DNA of 64,000 nucleotides. Origin: Lama guanicoe. Its lineage: Eukaryota. The notes beneath the pieces were generated by a model that saw only the letters and a list, made by a program, of their open reading frames with translations, was not told the DNA's origin and made no database searches. The DNA is taken from the NCBI GenBank assembly GCA_013239625.1, contig MU054001.1:2424151-2488150 (forward strand), read 5' to 3'. A program made the translations under genes and the position numbers. Positions 12,855 to 27,269 of this stretch are shown piece after piece (the first letter of the stretch is position 1; the number at the start of each line of letters is the position of its first letter).

Positions 12855-13824
12855 AACTAGGGGCCCAGCCACCAGGGCAGAAGGAAGACAGTTGCCTGCA
12901 ACAAGTCAACGTTTGAAGCCATCTTTGCCGAGGAGATATTTTACCCCAAATAGAATAGAGACCTTTGCTTCTACTTGAAATGATTTATAACTGTTCCCGC
13001 CAGATCGCCGAGTGTTTCCAAATTAAAAGCCATTAATTAAGGCCTTATAGAGATACAAAAGATATGCAAAGAGTGCTTTGTAATTCCAGCTCAGTACTTC
13101 AGGTGAGGGCTTTTCAAATTACGTGCACCACTGGAGCCACCTGCCTGAGTAACCGCGGCGCGGCCGTCGCCTGGCTCATCAGCGCACCGCCGTGCCAGCG
13201 TTGGTACTGATTTTTCTCATTTCTCCAGGGCAAATACTAATTAATGGATACAATTCACAGCTGATTAGCTGTAGTTTCTTCAGTAATTACATTCGCATAC
13301 TAACTGTTCAGAAGAGGATTTCTAACCCAGTTCTTATTTCACTCTAAGCTTAATTTGTTTTTTGAATTGTTTAGGCCCTTAGTTTAATAGCCATTTTATT
13401 TTTCTTTGTTGTTTTAGGTGCTATTAGATAATAAGTGAGTTTCATCTTAAAAAAAAATGCTCTCTGATAATGAGCTGTTTGCCTTAAATGGATTTCTAAT
13501 TCCCCAACAAAAACCTACATTTAAGTAACAGTAAAGTTGCGATATACGCTGTCAGGAGGTTGGGGGAGGCAGGTACGCAGAATGCACATCGTGACCCAAG
13601 TTCTCACAAATATCCAAAAACAACATTTGAAATGGAGCCCCGAGATCTTAATCCTGGGGTCATTAATTCATCGAAAAATCCCGAGACAGAAACCTATCCA
13701 TTTTCTTGCATATATTTAACATTGTAGAAAAATAGGGGGAAATGTGTGTGTGTGTTTGTGTGTGTGTGCGTACATGCGCCTGCTCACGTATTTGGTCTTT
13801 TAAATCTTTAAATTATTTTTAAAA

Positions 13825-13925
13825 CACTTTATTGAGGTATGATATGGACATACAAAAAGCTACATATTTACTGTATACAACTTGATGGGTTTGGCGATAA
13901 GTCCACATTTGTGAAGCCATCACAT
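13825..13925 (-). mobile_element. Old L1 3'-end fragment
   Basis: tttattgaggtatgat...catacaaaaagctacatatt...tatacaacttgatgggtttg. Confidence 0.65.
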
Positions 13926-15482
13926 GTTTTTTTTTTGATACCACGTCCCTTCAGAGAAACTAGATAAAGGTCTTTCTTAAGCTCTAACAAATACATCTTT
14001 CAGAAATCCTTATAAAGACACTATCCAAATGAATCTGAGGGCCCATTGTGTGAGTGTGTGTTTAGGTGTCATTTTACAGGGTGGGATTTTGCTTCTGTAG
14101 GCCTTAACAGCCTTCTGCAGCCATTAGAGCCTCCCTTATAAATCCTGCTTAGTTCTTGGATCCCTGACATGATAAAGTGTAGCATGTCAATCCCGCTTCT
14201 GAGCAGGAATCCTACAGGTTCAGTCAGGGGCTGAGCGCCTCCCGGAAATAAGTGTTTATGGGTTTATGGGGAGGGGGATTATGTGGGTCTTTTTTATCTA
14301 GTGTCTGTATCTACATTTATTCTCTGTATTTGTCTGTCTATTTGTATCTATCTATCTACCCATCTTCTTGGGAAAATTGTGTCTTTTACTTTAAGTAATT
14401 ACTAGCTTGCTCTGTTTATAACAGAGAATGGACATATACATTGCACCCTTTGGAGACCAAACCTATGTGTTATTTGATGCATGAAAGGAAGGAAATAATA
14501 CACTTTAGAAATAGAAGGACATTCTTCTACCATTTAAAAATCATGAAAATAATATAGCTGCAGATAATTATGCTCACAGAACCTTTCCGTATTGCCAGAC
14601 TGATAACAGAATGTTTAAAGCAACACAACGTGCCTACTTAAACCATCTGAACCTGAAAATGCATTTCTGCCAAAATCCAAGTTTTACATTTTGATAACAG
14701 GTCTCTAGAAGTAAAGAGCTTATGTCTGAAATGCTGATACAGTCTTATTTGTGGTGGTATGAATGGGCCATTGTGTTAGGGAATTAAATAAAAATTGCTG
14801 TGTTCATAGGATCCTGCTTATTTTTTAAACCTCTTTGCACGTATTGTTACATTGAGGGATTAAATGCCACTGTTTTCAACAGCGCTGATGGATATAGATA
14901 CCATTTTAAACTCTGTTTGGAGATTTTAAAAATATTCCTTAGTCTTATTATTTATTCATATTCCTGCCACACCCCCATTCACGAGAAAATAGAATTTGAG
15001 CCCTGGGAATTGGATTCTATTCCCTTTAATTCACATTTTAACCTACCCACACTCGTGACAGCTGTTCTTGAAAAGTCAGCTATGAAATCCCAGCATGCTT
15101 GAAAAATGTGTCAAGGTGATTTTCTTGGAACTCTTTCCCTCCTAACCTCTGACGAATGCCAGTTCGATAAACAACACCCACCAGTGACCAGTTGGCCAAA
15201 TGTTTGTCTACCTTTGCTATTAGTCTTGATGAGAAACAACACTGTTTTCTAGAAGGATCACGTTAGCTTAACTCTGTGCTTTATTTTCTGAGGGAACCAG
15301 CCGACGGCACAGCTCCCAGTGCTCTGAAATCTGTCACAGTTCACACTTGGTCCAAGTCAACCCCGTCTCCTTTTATCTCGTAACTCCTAACATTCTTTCC
15401 AAATCCCATCTGAGCATTATGTTAACCACCAGAATTCTTGATGATGCCTCATATTAACGTAAAACAATCTGTTTTCTTTCAG

Positions 15483-15548
15483 TTTGGAAATAACAACAAC
15501 TACATGAACATGGCTGAGGCAAACAACGCTTTCTTTGCAGCCAGCGAG
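15483..15548 (+). CDS. TOX3: TOX3 coding exon 2 (66 nt, FGNNNNYMNMAEANNAFFAASE)
   Basis: Acceptor gttttctttcag| and donor GAG|gtaggt. The 22-codon translation matches the TOX3 N-terminal region as I recall it. Confidence 0.96.
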
Positions 15549-16257
15549 GTAGGTGTCTGTCTTAATGGGTCTGTTCATGTTTCCTGTGTGTTATTTAGAT
15601 CATTTAAAAAGCTTGAAGGGAAAAGCCAAGTATCAAATTTATCTCACTCTTACGTGGTACAAGGTAACGACTTTGGAGGAGAAATGAAAAAAACCTATTG
15701 GAAGAGAAAATAACCTGACAGGTCTTTATCACTTGTCTGTAGGCTGTCAGGAACATTAGTAATTCACACACACACACACATACACATACACGCCTCTTAA
15801 TGAAAAGAATATAGATGCAAACAAAAGTAAATATATAAGAATCTATCTATCCAAACTATATTACATCTAAGCAGATAAGAGGTTTTTCTGGAAACTTGGA
15901 TGGAAGGGACTTCGAATAGAAAATATCTAAACTTCACATAGCTCTGGGGATAATTTCATTAAGTCGCCATGGTTTGGGAACAACCTGACAGATTGGTGTT
16001 ACAATATCTTGGGTCTTCAGTGGGAGTGATGTAATATGAGTGTTTTGGGTTGTGTTGGATCCCTACAGCTTAGTATAGTGCCTGGCACATAGTAGGTGTC
16101 CAAAAATATGTACTGAATGAAGGAAGGAATGAATGGGTGGGCATACTCTACGTCTTGGTCATAGCTAGGAAAACAGGGTGATGGAATCTAAAGGCAGCAC
16201 CTTGATGGCTCTGGGTTTGTTTGCAGTTAACTAGTGAACAAACGTCTTTTTGTTGCT

Positions 16258-16259
<2 letters not shown>

Positions 16260-16288
<29 letters not shown>
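16260..16288. repeat. Poly(T) tract, about 29 nt
   Basis: Read directly from the sequence. Confidence 0.95.
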
Positions 16289-19200
16289 CATTCCAGGAAA
16301 ACCTCGATCCTGATTAGATCAAGCAAAGGGTTTCCAAAAAAAATCGTAGACTCTGAGATTTAAGATTTGAAAACAAGAGCAAGCAGAAGCGAAATTGGTC
16401 CAAATAGAACATTTCCTCTTGTGGTTCCTGTAATAAAAAGTCTTCATTTTCCAAATACATTCAAATATAAGAAACTGAACCAGCTTGACCCCAGAGAATG
16501 AAAATCATAATGGCTTCGTAAATGATCTCGGTACAGGGAAGCAAGTGGTACGAAGGAAATTAACTTTGAGAAATTATGAGAAAAAGTGGGGAATTAAGAA
16601 TTACGGGTGTTCGCAGATTAATCATTTCTGCAGTGACTGTCATCTCTCAAACCAAGAAGACTGCCCAGATAAGAGAATATTGTTTGGCACTGGCTGCTGT
16701 GTTGTTTGTGATAATGAGCACAAACCCCATCTGTAAGGACAACATGATGTTTCATTCTGTAGGATTTTTTTCCCTACATTTGAATCAAACATTGATGAAA
16801 GCTCTACTGCCAGCAGCTGTTCAGAGACAATTTAATTCCAGCTGTGATAATTCACCGTGTCAGACATTGGCTGTTATATGTTGATACAACAGTTCTCCAG
16901 ATTTGCATTTTTATCAAAAGGAACAAATGTTTTGAACATTTCAGTACAGATGGTATTTAACCATGTACATACTACTTTAACATGCTCAAGGTAAACACTG
17001 AAAAGTCAGTATCTGTAAAAAGTAATCGTATAAACTCTAACTGATTAACCTGATATTGGTCACAAGGCTTAGTTGCAAAAGTCAATGTCTTTTTTGGTTG
17101 ATACCTTACTGGGTTATTTTTATAATCTCGGGTAACCAGTGTTTTGATTCCCCTTTTCTCTAAGAAATGTTTAACTTTATGTTTAATTTATTACGCCTCT
17201 TTAAAAGTCATTTAAGATTGTAGCATTTTGTTAGTTAATATAATAGAATTTTATGGTATTGTTTTATTAGGTTATGAAATAGTAATATATTAAATTCTAG
17301 CTTAAATTAATTTTTCTTAAAATATACTGGAGGGACATATTATCTCTCTCGCGCTCTCTCTCTCTCTCTCTTTATTCCTTAACAAAAATAAAAATGAAAA
17401 GCTCCTTAATTTTGACTGCCCAGCATAAGACATGCTTTATGTTAAAGAGGTAATCTTAAGTAATGACTTCACTGTACATCTTTTCTTGAACAAAAAATAA
17501 AGCCCAGGTTAATGTTAATGTACTACATTATAGTATGTGCCTAATTTCTCAATCACTGCATTAAAAGTAAATTTATTTGTTTTTTTTTAAGATGTTAATG
17601 AGTGCAGACTAATTCAGGAAGACTCTGGGTTTGATGCTGTAAAGTCAGAATCGTGCCTGAAACCAACTGCCTTCACATAGATGTTGCCCTGTAGATAACA
17701 CTACGGGAACTAGGCTACTCTGAGTTTGAAATTCACACATTTGCTTTATGTTTTCTGTCTGTGTCATGATTACCCTGACCATTTTTAAAGGACTTTAAAT
17801 ATTTATTGAAATAATATTTCAAGTGTTAATTACAGTGGTAATGAAAACAGCCAAATGCCACATATCAGGAATGAGTGTTTATCCGTATTGTTAATGTGAT
17901 ATGTTAGATTTCATTAAGCAGTAATGGGGTAGCAAATGAGTCACAAATTACAGTTGCATCTGTTACTAGACCGCATTAGTGCCAAAACAACGGCAAACGC
18001 AGCCATAGGGTTACATTCATTAGCCAGCCACGCTCGTGGCCCGTTCATCCCTTTGTGTTTGAGAACTCAGGGTACCACAGTAAGAAATTGACATCTTGGG
18101 GGGTCATTGTTAGAATAAATTTGTCAGAAAACCTAATATATCATTCTAGCTTTCAAATGTTATTATGCTCTCATGTTTTGCATCTATTGAATCTGCTAAG
18201 AACCTCAAGATGTTCGATTGTCCTGCCATAAACTCCCATTGCTTATGACCTCTTTATTTTTGGCAAGATACAAATGGCAGTTGACAGGTTCTGTATGCAA
18301 GACATGTTTTTTTTTCCCCTTGAGTTTGTTTCTGTTTTCTCTCAAGTGGTTATTAAGTTATATCATCATTGATAGCTTGAAGAATGATGGTTTTCAGCTC
18401 TTAATTAGTTCTCTTAACCAATTACAGCAGATTCAAATGGTCTTGCACCAACTCATTCTTCAAAAAATATTATTAATAATAAATGAACTATAACGTTGAC
18501 CCTCTGAGCTAGGAATAAAAAAAAATCTGAATGGTCCACCCCAACCCCTGCACCCTATCAAAAATAATATTCTAAACGTTGATCCCTTTCCCCACAAGAT
18601 CCAAGTTCTGTTTTAAGAAAGATAGTTAATGTGGTTCAGCAGGGCACCCTTGATTTACGTCGCAAGGCCCTATGTGGAAACACTGAGTATCAGTGAAGAA
18701 AGCAGTGCATTATTCACTTAGGTCTTGAGAAATAACACTTGGTTAATAAATAAGTGAGCAATGTCGGTGGAATTAGTACATTTCTATCAACATACCCCTG
18801 TGCTCATCTATAGTCTTTAAATGTTGAAGACTGGTAGAAAAATGATCTGATGAATGCATATGAAAATCTTCATATAAAAGAAAATAACTCTTTACAGTTT
18901 AATTAAAAGCCCAGGGTATCTATGCTCTGATAATCCTTGTATAAAATGCTGTATTCCAAACAGTAACAATTTCCTTAGAAGCATTCATTGCACTTGGGAG
19001 TAGACCGATGAGGAAATTAAAAAAGCAAACCATACATTTAATATTACTTGGTTTCTATATTGTGGCAGAAGGTAAATATGTGTAAATGTTCACTTCTGGA
19101 TTAATGTTGTGTGTGTGCGCCACAAAATCGTCAGCATTTTATGAAGCATGTGGATAATGTAAGCGATTTGAGCTGTTTCGCTAACATATCAATAAAGTGG

Positions 19201-19525
19201 CAATTTGTTATATAGCCAAATCTAATGTCGCTGGTGCTCCAACTAACAACAAAGACAGATGTTGTTAATTAAGTACTCATTAAAAAACTGTTAATACTGA
19301 TACTCCATTAAAACCATATGATAATGAGACTTAAATCTTTAATCAGAATGATCAGCAAAACTTTATATATGGAAATCTGTGCTTAAGACGTTTTCATTTG
19401 AGAAATAAATATTTGGTCTAGCTATGTAGTGTTTTCAGGCAAAAATCCCTCTTTTTTTTTTTTCCCTCCAAGGAGAAATACTTGGGAACAGAATATGAAG
19501 ATATCTCTGTTTTGTTTCCTTCCAG

Positions 19526-19780
19526 CAGACGTTCCATACACCCAGCCTCGGGGATGAGGAGTTTGAAATACCCCCGATCACGCCTCCTCCGGAGTCAGAC
19601 CCCGCCCTGGGCATGCCTGACGTGCTTCTACCTTTGCAAGGCCTCAGCGATCCGTTGCCTTCCCAGGGAAGTGAATTCACACCCCAGTTTCCCCCTCAGA
19701 GCCTGGATCTTCCTTCCATTACCATCTCAAGGAACCTCGTGGAACAAGATGGCGTGCTTCATGGCACTGGGTTGCACATG
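19526..19780 (+). CDS. TOX3: TOX3 coding exon 3 (255 nt, [26 protein letters not shown]...[13 protein letters not shown])
   Basis: Acceptor tttccttccag|cag| (tandem; alternative start 19529) and donor ATG|gtaggc. Contains the TOX-family motifs [16 protein letters not shown] and [16 protein letters not shown]. Confidence 0.97.
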
Positions 19781-22700
19781 GTAGGCAGCATATTTACTGC
19801 TTGAAAGTGCGTTGTTTGTTGTTGGTACTTCTCAGGGTAAAGATCTGAGGGCCCGCGTTGTGACGCAGGTTCAGACCTGTCTACTGGTGGACGAGGGGAC
19901 TGTTCTTTCTAGTGCCGTTTACATGCAGGTGCTGGATCAGTCCCCAGTGCTGGACCAGAGGATGCTGGGTCAGTTGACAGTCACTTGAAAGAGGATAACC
20001 CAAAGATCCTTCTGGTTTGAAATGACTTTTAAGAAGTCCGATTCATTGGTTTGGAAGCAGCCAGTTTTGGGTTTAACAAAGAGGTGTACTTGAGTTGAAA
20101 GTTTGCCCAGGAGAGATTTTAGAAATGAAGGCCCTTATCAGGTGCCTAGGCCTTTTGCATTTGCTGGATTATAATGTAATGCTGATGATACATGATTTGC
20201 TCCTACCTAAAATGGAATTCAAACTGTGATACAGAGAAAGGGAAGAAGAATAATTGCTTATAACCAGCAGAGGCAAATAGAGAGCAGGTTATTGTGTGAA
20301 ATATACCTAATTGTGTTATTTATTGTTGTGAACATCAAATAAGGCACTCCAGAGAGCCAGGATTACTAATGCAATAATTTTGGTTCTATTTTTCTTAGTG
20401 TGCAATTATAGTCAGCAATCACCAGAGTAAATCTGCTTTAAGTATTTTAAACTCTTCTGCTGGGATTGTTTTTTTTCACCATAGTATATAATGCATTTGT
20501 GTCTTATCTAGGTGAGGTACTAAGCAGACATTTTAAAACAAGATTAATAGTTTATAGGGCTTTTTTTTTTTTTAACCCTGATAAAATGAAACAGATGTGT
20601 TGGTATAACAAAAAACAAATCCTATTGGTTGTTTACATATTTCTCTGCACATTATGACCATGCCAGTGATGTTTATTGGTTTCATTGTTAATTCCCCAGA
20701 TAACAACAGATGATTGCAAAATATGTAGTGGATTAGCGGTGCGAAAGATTCAGTGTGCGCTCTGAAATACAAGATTACTTTCCCAAATAGGATTGCGGCA
20801 CCATAATTTTCTTTGCCTGTGATCTTTTGTGTTTGAGCTGAACATCAGGGTTTTTATTTTTACTTTTTCTGTCAGAAAAGAATGCAAGGAACAGTCGGGA
20901 AATGGTCATTAAGTATTCATAAACGTTCCTCGCCATCGCAAATAATTGTTTCCTGTGGACTTTCTTACATTTTTGTCCCTTTGACACTAGGAGGGAGGGT
21001 TCTGTCCTCTGTCCTTCTACAGTCAGGCTTGCAATGTTGTGCCTGGAAAATAATAAAAATAAAAAAGGTGTTTAGTCACCAAGGGAGTTTGCCCAGGGTT
21101 CACCATTATTCATAGATGCTCGTGAGGCTCATTTAAGTTCAGGAAATAGTTAAAAGACCATATAATGCATGCTAAAATGTGTGCTTTATTAAATTGGTAA
21201 ATATTTATTAATAATATAAGAATCTGCCTTTAAATTAAACATCTGATGAATTACCTTGCCTTAAAGCTATAAAACTGTTATTGCTGCTATAAAAAAGTGT
21301 AAAGGAGGCATTTTGACTATGAAATTTCATTTCATGGTCAATTGAATTTACTATATTGGAAAGAACTAAAGATGGAATCATAAAATAATTATGATATTCA
21401 CATACACTTAAAGAACAATGCTTCCACGGACTGGCGTTGGGAGAGAAGACTCAATTTTTAATGCTGCTTTTGTAATGTATTGCTAATCACTAAAGCAGTT
21501 GAATTATTTCATTGATTTTTAAAAGTCTAAGTACTTTAGCTAAGAGCAGGCTGTTGTCATGGTACTTACATGGACCTCATCACATTTATTGGTGCCTTTC
21601 TGAAGTTTTGCTGAACCTGAATGATATTTATTTTGGCTGGAAACAAACTAATCTTGTTGAAAATTCTAGGAGAATTTCACCTTGAAGAAATGTCATGGGA
21701 TTTTAAATCACAAATGTTGGAAAAAATAAAATGTACCAGGACAGAATTATGATGAATACAGTGTGTCGTTGGCTTTGTTCTATGTACTACCTGACATGTT
21801 CACCTATAAACTTGAATTCAGAATCGCCAGAGGCATGGTTAAAAATAGGTTATGTCAAGGTTCTTCTATATTTCCCTCCGGGTACGAGGTGGCTGGCTAC
21901 ATCATAATGCTCCACAACAGCTCCTCGGAGATTTCCCTTAGGAAGGTCACCAGAAAAATAATAAATAATACTTTATACATCATGCATTCGGCTTCCCAGT
22001 GTGCATTGGCTATTTTATACCTTATGCAATAAGGAGTTTTATTATCCAAATGAATGACTGTCGGTTAAGGAGGGCTATGGTGAATTAAAGACTATCATAT
22101 AAGAAGAAAAGCCAGCTTGTTTATGTGGTATTGAACCAGCTTTTCTTCAGAGCGTCATTGGTTTTCCTTTAGAAAGAGTGACAGTTTGTCACGTAACCGA
22201 TTAGCTGCATTTTTTGTTGGCAACAAGCACAACATGTTTATCTTCCTTAAATTTATGCCATTATATTTAAAAAAAATAGAAAGTGGGAGCAAAAAAAAAA
22301 AACTGGGGAGGGGAAGATTAAACAGAGTCTAATGATTAGCATTCCTGTTTCAAAATATGCAAATAATGCCCTGGTATTCAAAAGCAAATTGTTGGAAAAA
22401 AATTGAAAGTCAGTGCAATTGTGACTTCAAAGAACAACCTTGATTTGCTTGTTGTGGATATGTGTGTTTTAGAACAGGATGTGGTTGGCAAGTCGAAATC
22501 TACAGGAATAGTCTGGCTAAAAACGCTTTACCTGTAAGCATTATTGTCAGTTCAGATGATCATCTGGAAATTATTTTAATCTACAAAAGATTGCAATCCT
22601 AAAAATCTACAATGTGCGCTCCAAAGGGTTTTTTTTTTTTAACACCTCTCTATAATCTGCCCAGCCTGCTGAGTAGCATTGACATCAGTAGTACATCAAT

Positions 22701-25700
22701 TTCAGAAAGTGGATTATTTTTACTAGACAGCTATTGTGACATATTGGGTCAGTCATAAATGAAAGATATTCATGCAAGCATGCAATACTTGTAATGAAGT
22801 CTCACTCTGACCTTCTGTATGATTGATTCTGTAATTTAGTTTTCTCAGGCAGTGCCTGAAATGAAATGAAATCATGTTGAACAAGTTTTGAATACCCACA
22901 GTGCACCAGGAGAAGAAAAATCTGCAGCCCTAGAGGCTTGAGAGAGAGCAGCTGAACGATTTATCTCTATGCTATTATAGCCTTTGCCAGCATTCAACAT
23001 TCCTTTTTTTTTTCTTATTTGGCTTAAGTACTTAATTCTGCAGGTAGCTGTAAATGGGAAAATAAAATGCTGTTCAGATTTAAAATGACAGGACAGGAGT
23101 ATGTGCAGGGGACTGATAAAATATCTTGAATAGAACTGACCTTTCATGTAGCTGAAAGTTACTGGGGGATTCATCCTCATAATTACCATATAGATTATTT
23201 TTATTTCTTTCCTGCAATGAAACATTTCAGAGAGCAGTAGTGCTGATTGAATGAAAATTGAACTTGTTAACATTCTTTTCAGCTTAGCCTGTTGTACATA
23301 ACAGAAGGTTAGCTTTGATGAATTTCAAAATTCTCTTTGATATCCGAGAAACAGACAGTAAAATAATTGTCTCTAGTCTGATATTTTGTATGTCCCCCAA
23401 AAGAGAATTTATAAAACACGCTGATAATTCACATACTTTTTCTTCATGCATTATAGTTCATGTTTAGAGGACCAACATATTCTTTTTGATATTGCTTTGG
23501 ACTTAATTGTGATAGCATATGTTTACAGAAAATGCTACTGGTGCTCTGGTAATATCAAACATAGTGTTAGAAAATTGAAAAAGATGGGAGTAAGAGAAGT
23601 AAATTTGAGTATGGTAGTTTCTGTACCTGTTAAAAAAAGAGAAAAAGAGAGAAAAAAATGTCCTGTAGAAGATATGCACACAGAGCAGAAAATATCAGCT
23701 TTTAAAATATTCACAAAGCTCTTAAGTCATAATCCAGAAAGATATTATTTTTGATCAGAAAAATGGGAATACATCAAAATAATACTTCTAAAATTCCCAA
23801 GCTTATTTTAGAGGTTTTTATTTTTCATACAGTCATTTAGAATGGCTCTAATTTTGAATTATTTTTGTTTTCACAGAATAACTTTCATGTCATTTTTATA
23901 CTTTCCAAAAATCTTACATTAAGAGAAATAGTAGACTTTCAATTAATACATTGTTTCAGCAATGTTGCTTAATGCGTTACAGATAAAACAGTTATTTCAT
24001 GGGTCATTAATGTGTTTAATGCGTGGAACGTTCTATTAAAACAAGCCCTTATTATTGTTATAGACATGTTCATTGCCATTGTCAATAGGGGCTGCAGAGC
24101 TGAATTCCACAGGGTGATTACCGCTTATTCAGTTGGGGGGACCAACAGTTTCTCATACAAACTGAATGATGACTTCAGTAATGTTTATTTTTGGTCAAGT
24201 TATGGTCAAAACCTATTTTTATTATAAGTTACCAATAGAAAAGGTACGACTTACATGAACAAAATAGCTCACTTTGAATGGAACAGGACCTAGCTGTTCA
24301 AAGTCCAAACTATAAAATAGAAACCCTATTAACTTTAGCAGATATTTACTGAGCACCTACTAAGTGCTATAAATTGCTCTTCACCATTGCAGACTGATCG
24401 TTTAGAAACCTGATTTCTTGATTAGTAGTGTCTCTTCCACGTTGTACAAAAATTCAGACTGATTACTGCTTCAGAGAGGCATATTGTCCAAAGTCAACTT
24501 TAATTTAGCTGTTACTACATCTGGACAATCATCTGCCAAAAATACCCAAACTGCAGACATTTTACCAGCTGCCTTTCTTGGTAGAGCAAATAGCCTTGTA
24601 CAGTACAGAGCTTAAAATAAATACTCTTTATTCTTGGCCTATAAAGACCTACCGACCCCGAACATCTGAATGTTGCCTTTAAGGTTGAGTGAACCTTAGG
24701 ATCATGTATTGAAGTAGGAGCATGTTCCAAACTTCAACTAAACCCAATTAACTCTTGTGAAGTGTGACAGCTGATTACTCGCTTGATTTATCACGTTCCA
24801 GGAAAAGTGTTATTAAAAAGTTAGGCTATGATTTATTTCCCTGTTTCTTGTTTTTTTTACCACATATAATGCACAGTTATCTACTCTGCTGTATTGACAG
24901 GACTTCCCTGGGGTCAGGGACAGTAGAGACAACATTTTACATCACTCAGATTCCCAAGTAAAACTGGCCCGATGGCTCGGACAGCTTTTAGAGGAATGAG
25001 AGTTACTCTATGTGCCATTGCCTCACTTGCTTTTATTCACGGCCCTTGTCGCCCTTAGAAACAGTCTCCTTTGCTTGTTTCTGTCTCGTTTGCTGTTAGC
25101 ACCCTCAGACCTGGAACAGTGTCTGGATTGGAATACACTAGGCTCCCAATAAATGCTTTATTTGTCCAATATATAGATGAATGAATGAAAGGACCATGAA
25201 GGAATATTTATTTGTTGTGAAGTGCATACCTTGACTACTTAAAAATGGAGGGGAAGGGGTTTAAAGTGCAAACAGCTATAAAAATGGAATTCCTCTTTAA
25301 AATCTTAATTTAGGACTGAATAAAACAAACATGGAGTGGACTCCTTGGTAAAACAAAGAAGTTACAAGGGATGTGAGAAAATGCTATTGTTTTATAATAA
25401 ACTCCTGAAAATTTTATTTTGCTAAGAAACTATTAATTAACTTTGGAGAAGGCTGTTTTTCACAAAACTTTCATGTGTAGGTATGTTTGATTACAGCCCT
25501 GAGAGTAGTTATTAAGTAAAAATTACCTATTTCAGTGCAGATATTTTGATGAATATGAAGTTTATGGTATGTAGGTCTGTAATTATCATTGGTATCCTTT
25601 TGGCATAACTGTATTTGTTTCAGGTTCTATTGGGGTTAGGAATACCCTAGCTAGGCATAAGTATCGATTCATTGTTTACTTGGTAATAAAATTTGAACAT

Positions 25701-25985
25701 TGCTTTTGGACATAACTAAATAATTGAGCATAAAATTACCTGAATTTCCTACTTATAGTTCTTTGATATTTATTAATACAAAGCAATTTTTATTACTGAT
25801 AATTGTTTAATTACTCCATTTCTCAAGAAATATTGATTGAAAAACCACATAGTGAAAATGTATTGAGTCACACTCCCTAATATATTTGGGTTATTTGCTT
25901 CTTAATTAGATGTTATCCTTCCTTAATGAAAATCTACCATTGGACTGTTACAGAGGATATTTATTTGTAAATATAGATGGAAGGT

Positions 25986-25990
<5 letters not shown>

Positions 25991-26023
<33 letters not shown>
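25991..26023. repeat. (AAT)11 microsatellite
   Basis: Read directly from the sequence. Confidence 0.97.
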
Positions 26024-26024
<1 letters not shown>

Positions 26025-27269
26025 TTTGAATATTATATTTTTTAAAGTCCTCTGTGATAAAATCAGCGCAGATGGAAGTAAGCACTGTTGTGTTGAGTAA
26101 AAATAGATAAACTAGAATAATGGGTGATATTTAAAATTTTTTAAAAAACTGGAAAGCTTATATCTTACATTTGTAAAAGAAACAAAAACACAATATAGGC
26201 GGGTGTGTGATTAAGTGCCACCAAGCATGCCGCATAAAGACAAATGCTGGGCGTGGGAGGGAAGGGGAATTCGCTCTGAGGGGACTTCGTGGACGGACAG
26301 GCCCTCGCTCTGAGCCTGAAAGTGTGAGTGAAAAAGCTTTGAATGTGTAGAGGAAAGTAAGAGTTTTTTTGGCTAAGGAAGTAAGAGCAGACTGTATCCA
26401 TTCCCTCCCCATCCCCCAGACCCTGCATATCTTATATGAGACGCAGACGTGGCAATACAACATAGTGATTTACTCAGAAGGCACCTTTCCATTCTCTTTC
26501 CATCTTCATTAAGTCAAGGAGGAAGTCTCAGTTTGGGGCTCATAAGTCTCTTACACATCTCTTTCATCCTTTCGAAGAAAGAGAAAGCAGAACTCTGGCC
26601 CAGACCCTGAGGCCGGTACCCCGCATTTAGATGGACTATAATGGTATTATTTCCTTTACTTGGTATTTATCCGGCATCCCATTGATCACGAGTGATTCCA
26701 GTTTTTAATTTATGCCAGGGAGCTAAAGTTTCCTTTTTCATATAAATTTATTCAGATTTTTTAACCATTTGCCCAAGTGATTCATATTCAATAATAGACT
26801 GCGTTTTCCGGCAATTTAAGAAAAGCAGGGACCGCTACCTGAAATATACATTCCTTGGTTTCCTGTTTTTTAAAAAAAAGCAAAAGACAAGAGACTTTTT
26901 CATCAGGTAGAGAGAGAAGCAAGCCTCAGCTCAGCACACTCCTCCCACCAAGACACACACAAACCATCAAGGCATTGTTGAGCGGAGGCGTCGGCGATTG
27001 GACTTGCAGGCAAATAGAAAGCAGCGTGCTTCCTCTCAAGTCCATGGCCTGTCCATTCCAAATGACCTCTGATGGCAAAAGTTAATCCATGGGTACTCCT
27101 CAAACCACGCTTTGAGATGTTAGGTTATATGTTTATATTTATGTTGTTTATAATTAAATCCAAGTTGTCCACAATTGATTTAGATGAGTTGCCCATGACG
27201 TATGATCAGTTAGAAGTTATTGGAATGAATAACCTCACTAGATAGAGACCAAGCCTTTAAACTTTTAAT

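Larger units (their letters stand above)
1..15482 (+). other. TOX3: 3' part of TOX3 intron 1
   Basis: No TOX3 first-exon coding sequence or CpG-island promoter was found upstream of exon 2 in the window. Confidence 0.8.
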
